A stretch of DNA of 64,000 nucleotides from an uncultured Gammaproteobacteria bacterium (GTDB taxonomy: Bacteria > Patescibacteriota > Patescibacteriia > SBBC01 > CAIJZX01). Where the stretch lies: positions 134,586 to 198,585 of the forward strand of contig CAYNGY010000001.1 in the NCBI GenBank assembly GCA_964397195.1, given 5' to 3'. A model generated the notes under the pieces. That model did not search any database and was not told the DNA's origin. It was given only the letters and a program-made list of their open reading frames with translations. Shown piece by piece: positions 48,225 through 57,880 of the stretch; within the stretch, counting starts at the first letter, position 1, and the number at the start of each line of letters is the position of its first letter. The translations under genes and the position numbers were made by a program.

Positions 48225-49706
48225 ATGGAAGATATTTGGCAACAATTTCATCGACTCCCGAAGGTGATTCGGGATGCAGTAGCCTCTCCTGAGGCGCTGA
48301 CTGCGATTAATCGGATAGAAGCAGCTCACCCAGGCCTCGATTTGGCCGGTTTTGTGATGCGGGTAATGGTTCGTGAGCTGTCGGTCGAGCATCTTCCCGC
48401 AGAACTGATGAAGGCGGGAAATCTTGATGAATCCGCCGCGAAAGACGTAGTCGAAGATTTGACCGTAACGGTGTTCCGTACCGTTAGTGAATACCTAGGT
48501 CTCGCACCGGTAAAACCAGCTAGCGCCACGGCAGTCACTCCGAAGGCCACTCCGCCTATCACGACCCCGGTGACCGAAAACCCGCCGACCATGACACCAC
48601 GTGTTGCCCCTGCTCCGCCGAATGTCCCACTGGCCTCGCCGTCTCCCGTCCAAGCTGCGCCATCGTCGCCGCTAGCCCAGCCGAATGTACCCATCGGCAA
48701 CATCTCCCCGGCGCCAACACTTTCGACCGAGGATGACGCCGAAATTGCCGCGCATTCCGAAAAACTCCGCGCCATGACGTCCGCCGTCGGGCCGGCTGAT
48801 TTTGATACCATCGCCCAGTCCATTCTTGACCAGCACCATCTCGCCTTCCAAGATGACTTGTTGACCAAGCGCGCCGTTGCGGTAATCAAAGCCCGATTGA
48901 AGGGAATCCGCTCGAATGACGACACGAAAGCCATGCTGATGCGACCTCCGAAAGTCGGCGGTCTCGGTCTTGATGGAGACATCGTGACCGCTGTCATGCG
49001 CACAATTGAAGATCAAGCCTCACACGCTCATGCGCAGGGCATGACAGCCCGACCGGCCGCACCGGTTCCGCCGCCCCCACCACGAGTCCCGGCCCCGCAA
49101 ACACAAGTCCCGGCCGCAATCCCACCGTTGACCCGTGATTTTTCGACCATGAAACCCGATCAGCCGAGCGCTTCGGTAACAGAACAGCCGCGGGCGAGCC
49201 GACCAATCATTCGCCCGGTCGATATTCCGCCGCCACCAGCCATGCCAACCGCCGCGCCGGCCACCCCGGCTAAGCCGAAAGCCGTGCCAATCCCGGTTGC
49301 TGTTCCGACGCCAGCTCCAGCGGTCCAACGAGCTCGCGGCTCAGATCGTCCGTCTGTGTCGGATATCACCCTCCCGACGACCACGCTCGGACCGGCGGAA
49401 GAGATGCAGAGCTTCACCCTAGCGCAATTTCGACGTCTCGGGCAAGGTGCGGCCGAATCGGCAAAAAAGATACTGGATAAATTAAAGCATTTAGAAGAAG
49501 AATCTTTTTCGCTCTGGGCCGAAGCGGTCGCTGGATGGCGTCAGAGCGAGGTGTATTCCCTCTACCTTGATATGGGACGCCAGTGTCTCGATCAGAATAT
49601 TTCCATCGATCAGGTTATCCAGCGTCGCGCGAGCGCCGGTCAACTCTATCTATCAGAACATGAGTTCAATGTGCTCGCCGACATGAATCGTCAGCTCCAA
49701 CTCTAG
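48225..49706 (+). CDS. Hypothetical protein with Pro/Ala-rich linkers
   Basis: GAGGA RBS; three folded segments separated by P/A/T-rich tracts. Confidence 0.8.
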   Translation: MEDIWQQFHRLPKVIRDAVASPEALTAINRIEAAHPGLDLAGFVMRVMVRELSVEHLPAELMKAGNLDESAAKDVVEDLTVTVFRTVSEYLGLAPVKPASATAVTPKATPPITTPVTENPPTMTPRVAPAPPNVPLASPSPVQAAPSSPLAQPNVPIGNISPAPTLSTEDDAEIAAHSEKLRAMTSAVGPADFDTIAQSILDQHHLAFQDDLLTKRAVAVIKARLKGIRSNDDTKAMLMRPPKVGGLGLDGDIVTAVMRTIEDQASHAHAQGMTARPAAPVPPPPPRVPAPQTQVPAAIPPLTRDFSTMKPDQPSASVTEQPRASRPIIRPVDIPPPPAMPTAAPATPAKPKAVPIPVAVPTPAPAVQRARGSDRPSVSDITLPTTTLGPAEEMQSFTLAQFRRLGQGAAESAKKILDKLKHLEEESFSLWAEAVAGWRQSEVYSLYLDMGRQCLDQNISIDQVIQRRASAGQLYLSEHEFNVLADMNRQLQL

Positions 49707-49707
49707 T

Positions 49708-50220
49708 ATGGCCACCCAGTTTACTGTTCCACAATTCACGAATGAGCCGGATAAGATCATCGGTCCGATCGTTGTTCGGCAATTCATCATCCTGCTCGTC
49801 GGTGCCGGGCTGGTGGTTGGGGCCTATCAGCTTTTTTATCGACTGATAAACTCGTCGGTTGGGTTTCTTTTCTCGGCGGTAATCATTTTAAGTCTGACGG
49901 CGGCTTTCGCCTTCATTCGAGTTAACGGTCGCCCGTTTCATCTTTTTATCTTGAATGTGATTGAGTCGTTACGCGTGCCGTCGATGCGTCTCTGGAACAA
50001 CATGGCAGCCGAGCGAATTCAGTACCGCCGTGAACCGCCGCCGCCGGCTCCGCCGCCGACAAAAGCCCCGCTCGTGCAAACGAATTTGGCCCGCCTAGCT
50101 ATGTTAGTGGATACCGGCGGAGCGTTCCACGAAGATGAGGATATCCTCTACTGGGGTGAGACATTACCGAAAGCTACTCGCCAAGCCGAGGTGCTTACCA
50201 ATCAGGTTGATCGCGAATAA
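49708..50220 (+). CDS. PrgI-family (VirB3-like) protein
   Basis: QFTVPQF...DKIIGP..VRQF, two TM segments and NGRPF. Confidence 0.85.
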   Translation: MATQFTVPQFTNEPDKIIGPIVVRQFIILLVGAGLVVGAYQLFYRLINSSVGFLFSAVIILSLTAAFAFIRVNGRPFHLFILNVIESLRVPSMRLWNNMAAERIQYRREPPPPAPPPTKAPLVQTNLARLAMLVDTGGAFHEDEDILYWGETLPKATRQAEVLTNQVDRE

Positions 50221-50226
50221 TTCCGT

Positions 50227-50952
50227 ATGGCCACACCGTCACAAAAAACGCCCCCACGACCGAAAAAAGTTGCGCCTTCAACGCAGCAGTATTTGGATAT
50301 CATGGAAATTCGCGACGATGCTGTAGTGATGAAGAACGGCGGATTAGTAGCGGTGCTCCTCGTGTCGTCAATCAATTTCTCGCTCAAATCAGAAGAAGAA
50401 CAAGAAGCGGTGATTGGGGCGTACGTCTCGTTCCTGAATACCATCGATTTTCCGCTTCAAATCGTCATCCAGTCCCGTCGCCTCGATATTGATGCCTATC
50501 TTGAAGTCCTCAAAGGTGTCGAGAAACAACAAACGAACGAACTGCTCAAGACGCAGACACAGGATTATCGTCGCTTTGTGAACGAGCTCGTGCAGATGAA
50601 CGCGATTATGTCGAAGCGTTTCTATGTGGTCATTCCTTTTTCACCAAAAGTAGATCGTCCGGGCAAATTCTTTAGCCGCCTGCTCGATGCCTTTGCGCCG
50701 ACGGAAACTATTCATTTGAAACAGAAGCAGTTTGAAAAATACCGCCTTGAATTATTTAAGCGGGTCGATAACGTCATGAACGCGCTATCGGCGGCCGGAC
50801 TCCAGTCACAGCCCTTACGGACGCAGGAACTGATCGAGCTGTACTACAATTCCTATAATCCCGAAACTGCCCGTCAAGAAAAACTCGACGACGTCCGAAA
50901 ATTGTCTTTAGAGGAAGTGTCATCTATCAAGCCCGACAATGCCCGAAGTTAA
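50227..50952 (+). CDS. VirB4/TraC N-terminal-like accessory protein
   Basis: TQQYL.I.EIRD.AVV.K.G, VSSINF.LKS.EEQ.A.I..Y..FLN, QI.IQSR and FYVVIP; typical position between PrgI and VirB4. Confidence 0.75.
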   Translation: MATPSQKTPPRPKKVAPSTQQYLDIMEIRDDAVVMKNGGLVAVLLVSSINFSLKSEEEQEAVIGAYVSFLNTIDFPLQIVIQSRRLDIDAYLEVLKGVEKQQTNELLKTQTQDYRRFVNELVQMNAIMSKRFYVVIPFSPKVDRPGKFFSRLLDAFAPTETIHLKQKQFEKYRLELFKRVDNVMNALSAAGLQSQPLRTQELIELYYNSYNPETARQEKLDDVRKLSLEEVSSIKPDNARS

Positions 50953-52861
50953 TCTCTTCCGCCCAAACGAATTCCGTAGCGCCCCCCAAGCGAGTGGTGG
51001 TGGCACGACCCCAAAACTCCCCGAGGACGAGCGGGAGCTCCTTGAGGCTGAGCGCATCTACCGCCAAGGCGTCGTTCGAGAACTCGATCTTATCGCCCCG
51101 GCCGCCTTTAAGGTTGACCCGAGATTTCTGATGCTCAACGGTCGCTACGTTCGGACGCTCTTCGTTATTTCCTATCCGCGATACATCTCCGTTGGCTGGT
51201 TCGCGCCAATCATTAATTATAGCGCTCCGTTAGATGTCTCGATGTTCTTCTACCCGATTCCCTCGGACATCATCCTGAGGCAGTTAAAAAATAAGGTCGG
51301 CGCCCTCGAAGCCCAGCTGATTACTGACCAGGAAAAAGGCGCCCCGCGTGATCCGATGCGTGAAACAGCGCTTCGTGATATCGAAAAACTCCGCGACGAT
51401 TTAACGCAGGGGACCGAGAAGTATTTCCAGTTCGCCCTTTATGTTTCCTTTTACGCGGATTCGCTCAAAGAACTGGACGAACTGACAAACCGTATGGAGG
51501 CCCTCTTCGGCTCTCGTCTCGTGTACTCAAAGCGCTCCTTTTTCCAGTCCGAGCAGGGATTCACCTCAACCATGCCGCTTGGCCTTGATCGGCTTCAGGT
51601 CGCGTTCAACATGAACTCGTCCCCAATCGCCTCAAGTTTTCCGTTTATGTCGGCGGACCTGTCGAGTGATAATGGGATTTTGTACGGTATCAACCGTCAT
51701 AATAACTCGCTTATTCTCTTCGACCGTTTCTCCCTGCCAAACCCAAACTATACCGTCTTCGCTACCGCCGGTGCCGGTAAGTCATTCGCCGTCAAGTTAG
51801 AAATTATTCGGTCGATGATGTTCGGGACTGATATTATCGTCGTCGATCCGGAGCATGAATATAAATATCTATCTGATGCGGTCGGCGGGACGTATATTAA
51901 TATCTCCCTGAACTCCGATACGAAGATTAATCCCTTTGATCTCCCGCGCGGGATTGGCGGCGATGAAACCCCGGCCGATATTATTCGGTCCGCGGTTATT
52001 ACGCTCAAGTCCATGTTGCGCCTGATGCTGGGCGACGTGACTCATGAGGAAGATTCTATCCTCGATCGGGCGCTCCTCGAAACCTACGCCAAGAAAGATA
52101 TTACGCCGGATGCGGACTTAGCGAATATCGAGCCGCCCGTCATGTCAGATTTTCAAGAAGTATTGAGCGGTATGACCGGCGCCGAGAGTCTAGCGGAACG
52201 GTTGAAAAAATATACCGAAGGTACGTTCTCGGGGCTTTTTAACAGTCGGACGAACATTGAGCTGAACAATCAACTCGTCGTCTTCTCGGTCCGCGATCTT
52301 GAGGATGAACTTCGCCCAATCGGGATTTCGATTATTATTTCTTATATTTGGAATATCGCTCGTTCGCAGCTCAAGCGCCGCATTCTCGTCATTGATGAAG
52401 CGTGGTGGTTAATGCAACATGAAGACTCGGCAAAATTCGTTTACGGCCTCGTAAAACGATCGCGGAAATATTATCTGGGCGTTACGACGATTACCCAAGA
52501 CGTGAATGATTTCTTGCTCAGTCCATATGGTCAGGCCATCATCAATAACTCAGCACTTCGGCTGCTGATGAAACAATCGCCGGCGGCGATTGAGATTGTT
52601 ACCAAAACCTTCCTCCTGACCCAACAAGAACGGTATTTGTTACTTGAGGCGGGCGTCGGCGAGGGAATCTTCTTCGCCGGTACAAAACATGCCTACATGC
52701 AAGTCGTCGCCTCGCCGACAGAAAATCAGATCGTCACGACGAATCCAGAAGAGGTACTTCGCTTGGAAGAAGCGAAGCGCGAATTTGAAGACTCAATTGC
52801 CTCTGGGACGGCGACGAATGCCGGAGCGGCCGTCACCAACCCCGAAGATTTAACATCATAA
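50939..52861 (+). CDS. virB4: VirB4/TraE-like T4SS ATPase
   Basis: ATAGAGKS (Walker A), IVVDPEHEY, INPFD, LVIDEAW (Walker B) and RKY..G...ITQD. Confidence 0.92.
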   Translation: MPEVNLFRPNEFRSAPQASGGGTTPKLPEDERELLEAERIYRQGVVRELDLIAPAAFKVDPRFLMLNGRYVRTLFVISYPRYISVGWFAPIINYSAPLDVSMFFYPIPSDIILRQLKNKVGALEAQLITDQEKGAPRDPMRETALRDIEKLRDDLTQGTEKYFQFALYVSFYADSLKELDELTNRMEALFGSRLVYSKRSFFQSEQGFTSTMPLGLDRLQVAFNMNSSPIASSFPFMSADLSSDNGILYGINRHNNSLILFDRFSLPNPNYTVFATAGAGKSFAVKLEIIRSMMFGTDIIVVDPEHEYKYLSDAVGGTYINISLNSDTKINPFDLPRGIGGDETPADIIRSAVITLKSMLRLMLGDVTHEEDSILDRALLETYAKKDITPDADLANIEPPVMSDFQEVLSGMTGAESLAERLKKYTEGTFSGLFNSRTNIELNNQLVVFSVRDLEDELRPIGISIIISYIWNIARSQLKRRILVIDEAWWLMQHEDSAKFVYGLVKRSRKYYLGVTTITQDVNDFLLSPYGQAIINNSALRLLMKQSPAAIEIVTKTFLLTQQERYLLLEAGVGEGIFFAGTKHAYMQVVASPTENQIVTTNPEEVLRLEEAKREFEDSIASGTATNAGAAVTNPEDLTS

Positions 52862-52864
52862 CTC

Positions 52865-53419
52865 GTGCGTCGGTATCTCCTCATCTCCATCATCGGACTT
52901 CTCGCCATCGTCATTATCGGCGGCGGCGTCATACTGTTGGTTGACCGGACGCCCGCTCTACAAAATGCGATCAATGGGGAAAAAAATAATTCGATCATCA
53001 ATACCGCGATTGTGACAAACACGGCGAATACGAACACGAAGCCGAACACGGACAAAGCCGATGTGCTTCTTGTCGCCCGGGTTTTTACGGAACGGTACGG
53101 AACCGGATCGAGTGACGACGCGTTTGCCGGGTACCTGGCAGCCGTACCATATGCCACGACCGCGCTCGGTAATCAACTTGAGGCGAATGTTCGGGCGCAG
53201 AAACCAGCCACCGATGTCAATTATCGAGGTTTCGTAACGCACGTCGTGTCCTTAACGATCGATCAAGCGTCGTCCACGGTCGCCACCGTTCGAGTCGGAA
53301 CCCAGCGTACCGAGACAATTGCCACGACGGCCAAACAATATAATCAATCCATCACGCTGCTGGTAGTGAAGGAGTCAACCGGGTGGAAGGTCTCCTCCGC
53401 GCAGTGGCAGGCGCTCTAA
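52865..53419 (+). CDS. Bitopic VirB8/NTF2-like protein
   Basis: N-terminal TM; AR.F.ERY; C-terminal L.VVKESTGWKV. Confidence 0.65.
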   Translation: MRRYLLISIIGLLAIVIIGGGVILLVDRTPALQNAINGEKNNSIINTAIVTNTANTNTKPNTDKADVLLVARVFTERYGTGSSDDAFAGYLAAVPYATTALGNQLEANVRAQKPATDVNYRGFVTHVVSLTIDQASSTVATVRVGTQRTETIATTAKQYNQSITLLVVKESTGWKVSSAQWQAL

Positions 53420-53420
53420 T

Positions 53421-54263
53421 ATGGCCGATGCTATGTCAGTCACAATGACGCCAGAAGAACGCGCGAACAGTGCGGCCTGGGCCAAGGCGCGATTGCAGCA
53501 ACTGAAATCAACGCGTCGTGGTGCGGCGCGTACGGAATATGCCAGTGCCCTGAACGCCGACACGGCGGCGGGTCGTGATGCCTACCAGCGTAACGTCGGG
53601 ACGCCAATGCAGTCGGGGATTAATCGACAACTTAACCGGCTCCCGTCGTCAGTACGAAGCGTGGTCCAACCGTTTGCCGATCAGTATCTGCAAGCCCAAG
53701 AAAATTTGAATGATCGCCGATTGCGTGTTGGGGCGGCTACCCAAGCGTTGATGGCGAACGGCGAGCTGGCTCAAACGGCGGCCGCCCGATCGGCCCGCGC
53801 CGCGACACTCCGCGGCCTACGGAAGGCCGCTCGAGGTGAGGCTAGTCCTACTGAGGCGGAGAATGAAGCCCTAGCGAGTATTCAGCCCTTGGCCGAACAG
53901 GCGTGGGCCCGTTTGTGGGACATTCTTCAGTCGACCTTAGCCGCGCTGGGCACGGCATTTTGGGGGGTACTATCGACGGTCACACTCGTCCCAGTAGTCG
54001 CTGTCTTTTTTGCCAGACTCCTTGGTCGCATGTCATTCCGTATCGGTTTTCGGGGCGCTAAAGTCCATTTCGTGTCACCATATTCCGGTGCGGGGATGAT
54101 GACCCATGTGGTCAGCCTCCTGATGAATGTCGGCTGGGCTATCATATGGCTATCGGTCATGATTTTCCTGGTCTATCTCTATATTGAAGCCCAAGACAAA
54201 GTGTGTTGGGCGAGTTGGGTTGTCAATTTTTTCCGCGCTGGTTTTTGTCCATCCTCATCATGA
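53421..54263 (+). CDS. Membrane protein (C-terminal TM segments)
   Basis: Helical N-terminus with 2-3 hydrophobic C-terminal segments; coupled to its neighbours. Confidence 0.75.
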   Translation: MADAMSVTMTPEERANSAAWAKARLQQLKSTRRGAARTEYASALNADTAAGRDAYQRNVGTPMQSGINRQLNRLPSSVRSVVQPFADQYLQAQENLNDRRLRVGAATQALMANGELAQTAAARSARAATLRGLRKAARGEASPTEAENEALASIQPLAEQAWARLWDILQSTLAALGTAFWGVLSTVTLVPVVAVFFARLLGRMSFRIGFRGAKVHFVSPYSGAGMMTHVVSLLMNVGWAIIWLSVMIFLVYLYIEAQDKVCWASWVVNFFRAGFCPSSS

Positions 54264-55399
54264 TACAGAAGGTGTTTCTACCGCTGGTTGTTGGACTTAC
54301 CCTGATCGGGGCATCGTTTGTATTTGTGCCTAGCCCGGTGCATGCGGTCGATGTCACCAAAGAAAAGCAGTACTTTATCCCTGACATCATCCTGCCGGGA
54401 CAGTTTGAGCGCGTGGAGATCGATAGTAGCCTGATGTCGAAGTACTTCCGGGCACTGTACGTCTACATGGTCTACATCGTCAGCATTATTGCGGTGGTGA
54501 TGATTATCTATGGTGGTTTGAAATGGGTCGCGGCGGCCGGAAATTCCGCCCAAATTAATGATGCGAAAGACGTGATAACTAATGCGGTTATCGCTATCGT
54601 GATCGGCCTGACCTCATATGTTTTGCTGTACGTCATCAATCCAAAACTCCTAAATCTGTCCTTACCACTCGGCGACACCGTCACCCAACACGCTCTCGGC
54701 ACACTCTGGAATGAGCAATTGGGCTGTTTTGAACAGTTAAGCTGTCCGCCGGGGTCAACACAAGTTCTTGGAGCAACGTGTGGGAGCAACTACACGACCG
54801 TAAATCCGGGTGAAAATGCCTGTACAGCGGCGGCTGCCGGCGGGAAAGGGATTTGTTGTCAGGCGGGTGATAAGTGTTATCGGTACTCTGCCTACGATGG
54901 GTCGCTTACCTCGAAGCTGCCGTATACCTGTAGTGCGGTCGATTCCGGCGATGAGTCGAAACGCCCATATTGTAAAGACGCGACGCCGTGTGGGACAACG
55001 ACGAAAGACTGCAGTGGTCTGACCTGTGGCGGTGGAAACAGTTGCTTGCTCATGTTTGTGAAGGAGCCGGACGGGTACAAAAACCGCTCCAAGTGTGTGA
55101 CCAGCAATGGCCTAGTAACCGAGAATGCCCTCAGCTGTGCCTCGGCATTATCCGGTGTCGATACGAAATTCACGATTCAGACCGATGCGAATCGAAACTG
55201 TGGGTGGGCGGCAAAAGGGGAAAGGTATTTGCACGCCGGGACCGATCCGCGTACCTGTTCAGCCGATCAAGTGTGTGTCATCATCCCGCCGAATATCTAT
55301 ACATCGGCCGAAGGAAAGGACATGTGTGTCTATCGTCAAACCGATGCGCAAGGGCTTGTCTATGACCCGATGCCATCCAAATGCATAACTATCCGCTAA
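54260..55399 (+). CDS. TrbC/VirB2-like pilin with a Cys-rich C-terminal domain
   Basis: IAVVMIIYGG.KW..AAG....I..AK..I.NA.I pilin core; start MIQKV overlaps the upstream stop. Confidence 0.85.
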   Translation: MIQKVFLPLVVGLTLIGASFVFVPSPVHAVDVTKEKQYFIPDIILPGQFERVEIDSSLMSKYFRALYVYMVYIVSIIAVVMIIYGGLKWVAAAGNSAQINDAKDVITNAVIAIVIGLTSYVLLYVINPKLLNLSLPLGDTVTQHALGTLWNEQLGCFEQLSCPPGSTQVLGATCGSNYTTVNPGENACTAAAAGGKGICCQAGDKCYRYSAYDGSLTSKLPYTCSAVDSGDESKRPYCKDATPCGTTTKDCSGLTCGGGNSCLLMFVKEPDGYKNRSKCVTSNGLVTENALSCASALSGVDTKFTIQTDANRNCGWAAKGERYLHAGTDPRTCSADQVCVIIPPNIYTSAEGKDMCVYRQTDAQGLVYDPMPSKCITIR

Positions 55400-55403
55400 G
55401 TGT

Positions 55404-56648
55404 ATGAATGAACGTCTCAAGCGCGCGTTGATCATCACTGGGTTTGTTTTAGTTGTCATTGGGATGTTCGTGGTGATTTATTTTGTGTTCTTTCGTTCCA
55501 CTGACCAACTGAACGGAAACACGAACCAGCCGGGCAATATCAATGGTCTGCCGAACGCGAACAACGGAAACCGTAATGCCTCGACAGGTAGTAATGTAAA
55601 CAGTCTGCCAGTCACAAATACCTCGGCGTCTGGCCCGAGTAAATATGCTGATGGAGGCGCGACCTTGGTTGAAACGGTCGTCAACACGCCGGTCGCCGGT
55701 CAAACCGTCAGCAACACCGGGAGTTTACAATACTACGATCGCCAAACCGGAAAGTTCTTCCAAGTTTCCGCCGATGGGATGTCAACCAAGGTGATGACGG
55801 ATGCGATCTACAAGGATCTCGATACTGTCACCTGGGATCCATCCGGCACGAAAGCCATCCTCCAATTTCCGGACGGGTCGAAGGTTCTCTATAACTTCGC
55901 CACCAAGAAACAGTCGACCCTACCGCGGGAACTCGATAATTTCTCATTCTCACCAACGGGCAGCCAAATTGTTTCGAAATATCTTGATGCCAAACATCTC
56001 GACAACCAGTGGCTGATGGTTTCAAACCCGGATGGCACCGGTTCACAATCAGTTGAACAACTCGCCGAGAATGCCGATAAGGTCATTGCTGCGTGGTCAC
56101 CCAACAATGCGGTGGTTGGCACCTACGAACGATCGTCGACGAGTAGTTCATCCGATATTATTTTCCTCGGGAAAAACAATGAAAATTACCCACTCGTCAC
56201 AGTTGACGGGAAAGGTTTTACGCCAAACTGGTCACCGGATGGATCGAAGATTCTCTATAGCGTCTACAGCGACGACACAAACAACGCCGCTCACCTCTAT
56301 ATTATGAATGGCGATGTTAACACCTTAGGGCAAAATATCATCGATCTCAATCTGAACACGAGCGCCAATAAATGTGCGTTCTCGCAGGACAATTACACTA
56401 TCTACTGCGCTGTTCCGTACTACACGGTGGAGAACTCGGGACCGATACCTTCGCTCGGGTATAGTGTTCCGGACAATCTCTATGCCATTGATATGCTCCG
56501 TGGGACGACGACCCTTCTCGCCCGGCCGGTGGATGAGCACAGTCTCCAGCAGTATTCGGTCGGGAGCATTCGACTCTCCGGTGATGAGTCGGCTATATAC
56601 TTTACGGACGCTAATACCGGCAAGCTTCATCGGATCTTGCTCCCATGA
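55404..56648 (+). CDS. Membrane-anchored TolB/WD40-like beta-propeller protein
   Basis: TM segment, Asn-rich linker, and WDPSG, FSPTG, WSPNN, WSPDG repeats. Confidence 0.85.
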   Translation: MNERLKRALIITGFVLVVIGMFVVIYFVFFRSTDQLNGNTNQPGNINGLPNANNGNRNASTGSNVNSLPVTNTSASGPSKYADGGATLVETVVNTPVAGQTVSNTGSLQYYDRQTGKFFQVSADGMSTKVMTDAIYKDLDTVTWDPSGTKAILQFPDGSKVLYNFATKKQSTLPRELDNFSFSPTGSQIVSKYLDAKHLDNQWLMVSNPDGTGSQSVEQLAENADKVIAAWSPNNAVVGTYERSSTSSSSDIIFLGKNNENYPLVTVDGKGFTPNWSPDGSKILYSVYSDDTNNAAHLYIMNGDVNTLGQNIIDLNLNTSANKCAFSQDNYTIYCAVPYYTVENSGPIPSLGYSVPDNLYAIDMLRGTTTLLARPVDEHSLQQYSVGSIRLSGDESAIYFTDANTGKLHRILLP

Positions 56649-57877
56649 TCGCTCGCCCGTCACGATGGTTTTTCCTCGCGGTGTTCGGGGCGTTTCTCCT
56701 GCCCTTGATGGTGTCCGCGGAGGCGTTTACCGTCACATGCGAAACGGGCGATGATACGAGCAAGGTCGCGGGGACACCAGCGATGGTCTACGTTCCCGAT
56801 ATCACCATTCCGGGATTCACGGCCAGTCAAAAAGTGACGATTTCCGGCGACACACTTGGACTCTATATCCGCGGCCTCTTTGTGGTTATGGTCTGGACCG
56901 TGAGTGTCCTAGCGGTGGTGATGATCATCTACGGCGGGATCAAGTGGGTGGCAGCAGCAGGAGACGCGGGTCGGATCAATGATGCAAAAGATGTGGTCAT
57001 GAACTCAGTCATCGGGCTGGTGATTGCCCTCACATCGGTCGTACTTCTGCAAATCATAAATCCACAGCTGATAAATCTCACGGACCTGACCAACCTCGTT
57101 AAGCCGGTGAATAAGTGCTCACTCTCCGTCCTGCAACAATTGGTGGAAAAGAGCGGCAAGCTCGAGGCGAAATGTGCTTCGGGGCTCGGGACGCCGGAGC
57201 CCGATACCGTGTGCTTTGCGACGCCTGGGGTACCGTGCATTACGGGATTGAACCAGCTGATCAAACAGGCCGCCAGTTACACGCGGAGTGACGGCCACCT
57301 CGTCAGCGTCGACCCGATCATGATGAAGGCCATATTGTTAGGTGAGGCCGCCAACCAAGGTAAAACGACCTTGGTGTCAGGGCCAACCGCTGGACGGGCG
57401 TGTAAGCAAGATACGCCACGCTGTAAGTTGAAGGGCTCAGCCTATGGGATTATCCAAATGACCCATGCGACGATGATCGCAAATTGGGAACGGGTCAGCG
57501 GTTCAGTGCCCGCGGCCTGCGGGAGCGAAAATGAGGCGGTCTGGCGACAATCGTCGGGGTCATTAGCGGCCGATTGCGCGCGCATCCTCGATAATGGAAA
57601 GGAAGGCATACTCCTACAACTTAAAATGATGGCCAGCGAAATATCCGAGGTGGCGACGAAGAAAATATTAAATGACAATCCCACCTATATTGCCGGCGCG
57701 TACCATCTTGGCTCCGGAGGGATTGAAGAGTATCTCCGAACCGGAGAAGCGCGGAGCGAGTCCAGCTCAGCCTCGGTCGCCTACCTCAAAGCATTTAACG
57801 AGCGTTTCCATTCTATTTGTATTGAGTCGGCCGTTCAGAACTACGAAAACGATCGACCGGGGACCGCGCGAGAATAA
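56645..57877 (+). CDS. TrbC/VirB2-like pilin fused to a lytic transglycosylase (SLT)-like domain
   Basis: Pilin core, then VDP.MMKAILLGE, AYGIIQMT and AYHLG (SLT motifs I-III). Confidence 0.75.
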   Translation: MIARPSRWFFLAVFGAFLLPLMVSAEAFTVTCETGDDTSKVAGTPAMVYVPDITIPGFTASQKVTISGDTLGLYIRGLFVVMVWTVSVLAVVMIIYGGIKWVAAAGDAGRINDAKDVVMNSVIGLVIALTSVVLLQIINPQLINLTDLTNLVKPVNKCSLSVLQQLVEKSGKLEAKCASGLGTPEPDTVCFATPGVPCITGLNQLIKQAASYTRSDGHLVSVDPIMMKAILLGEAANQGKTTLVSGPTAGRACKQDTPRCKLKGSAYGIIQMTHATMIANWERVSGSVPAACGSENEAVWRQSSGSLAADCARILDNGKEGILLQLKMMASEISEVATKKILNDNPTYIAGAYHLGSGGIEEYLRTGEARSESSSASVAYLKAFNERFHSICIESAVQNYENDRPGTARE

Positions 57878-57880
57878 TCT

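Noticed and set aside
25995-57877. ICE or conjugative element call
   Set aside because: No relaxase, coupling protein, integrase or boundary repeats; flanked by and coupled to core genes.
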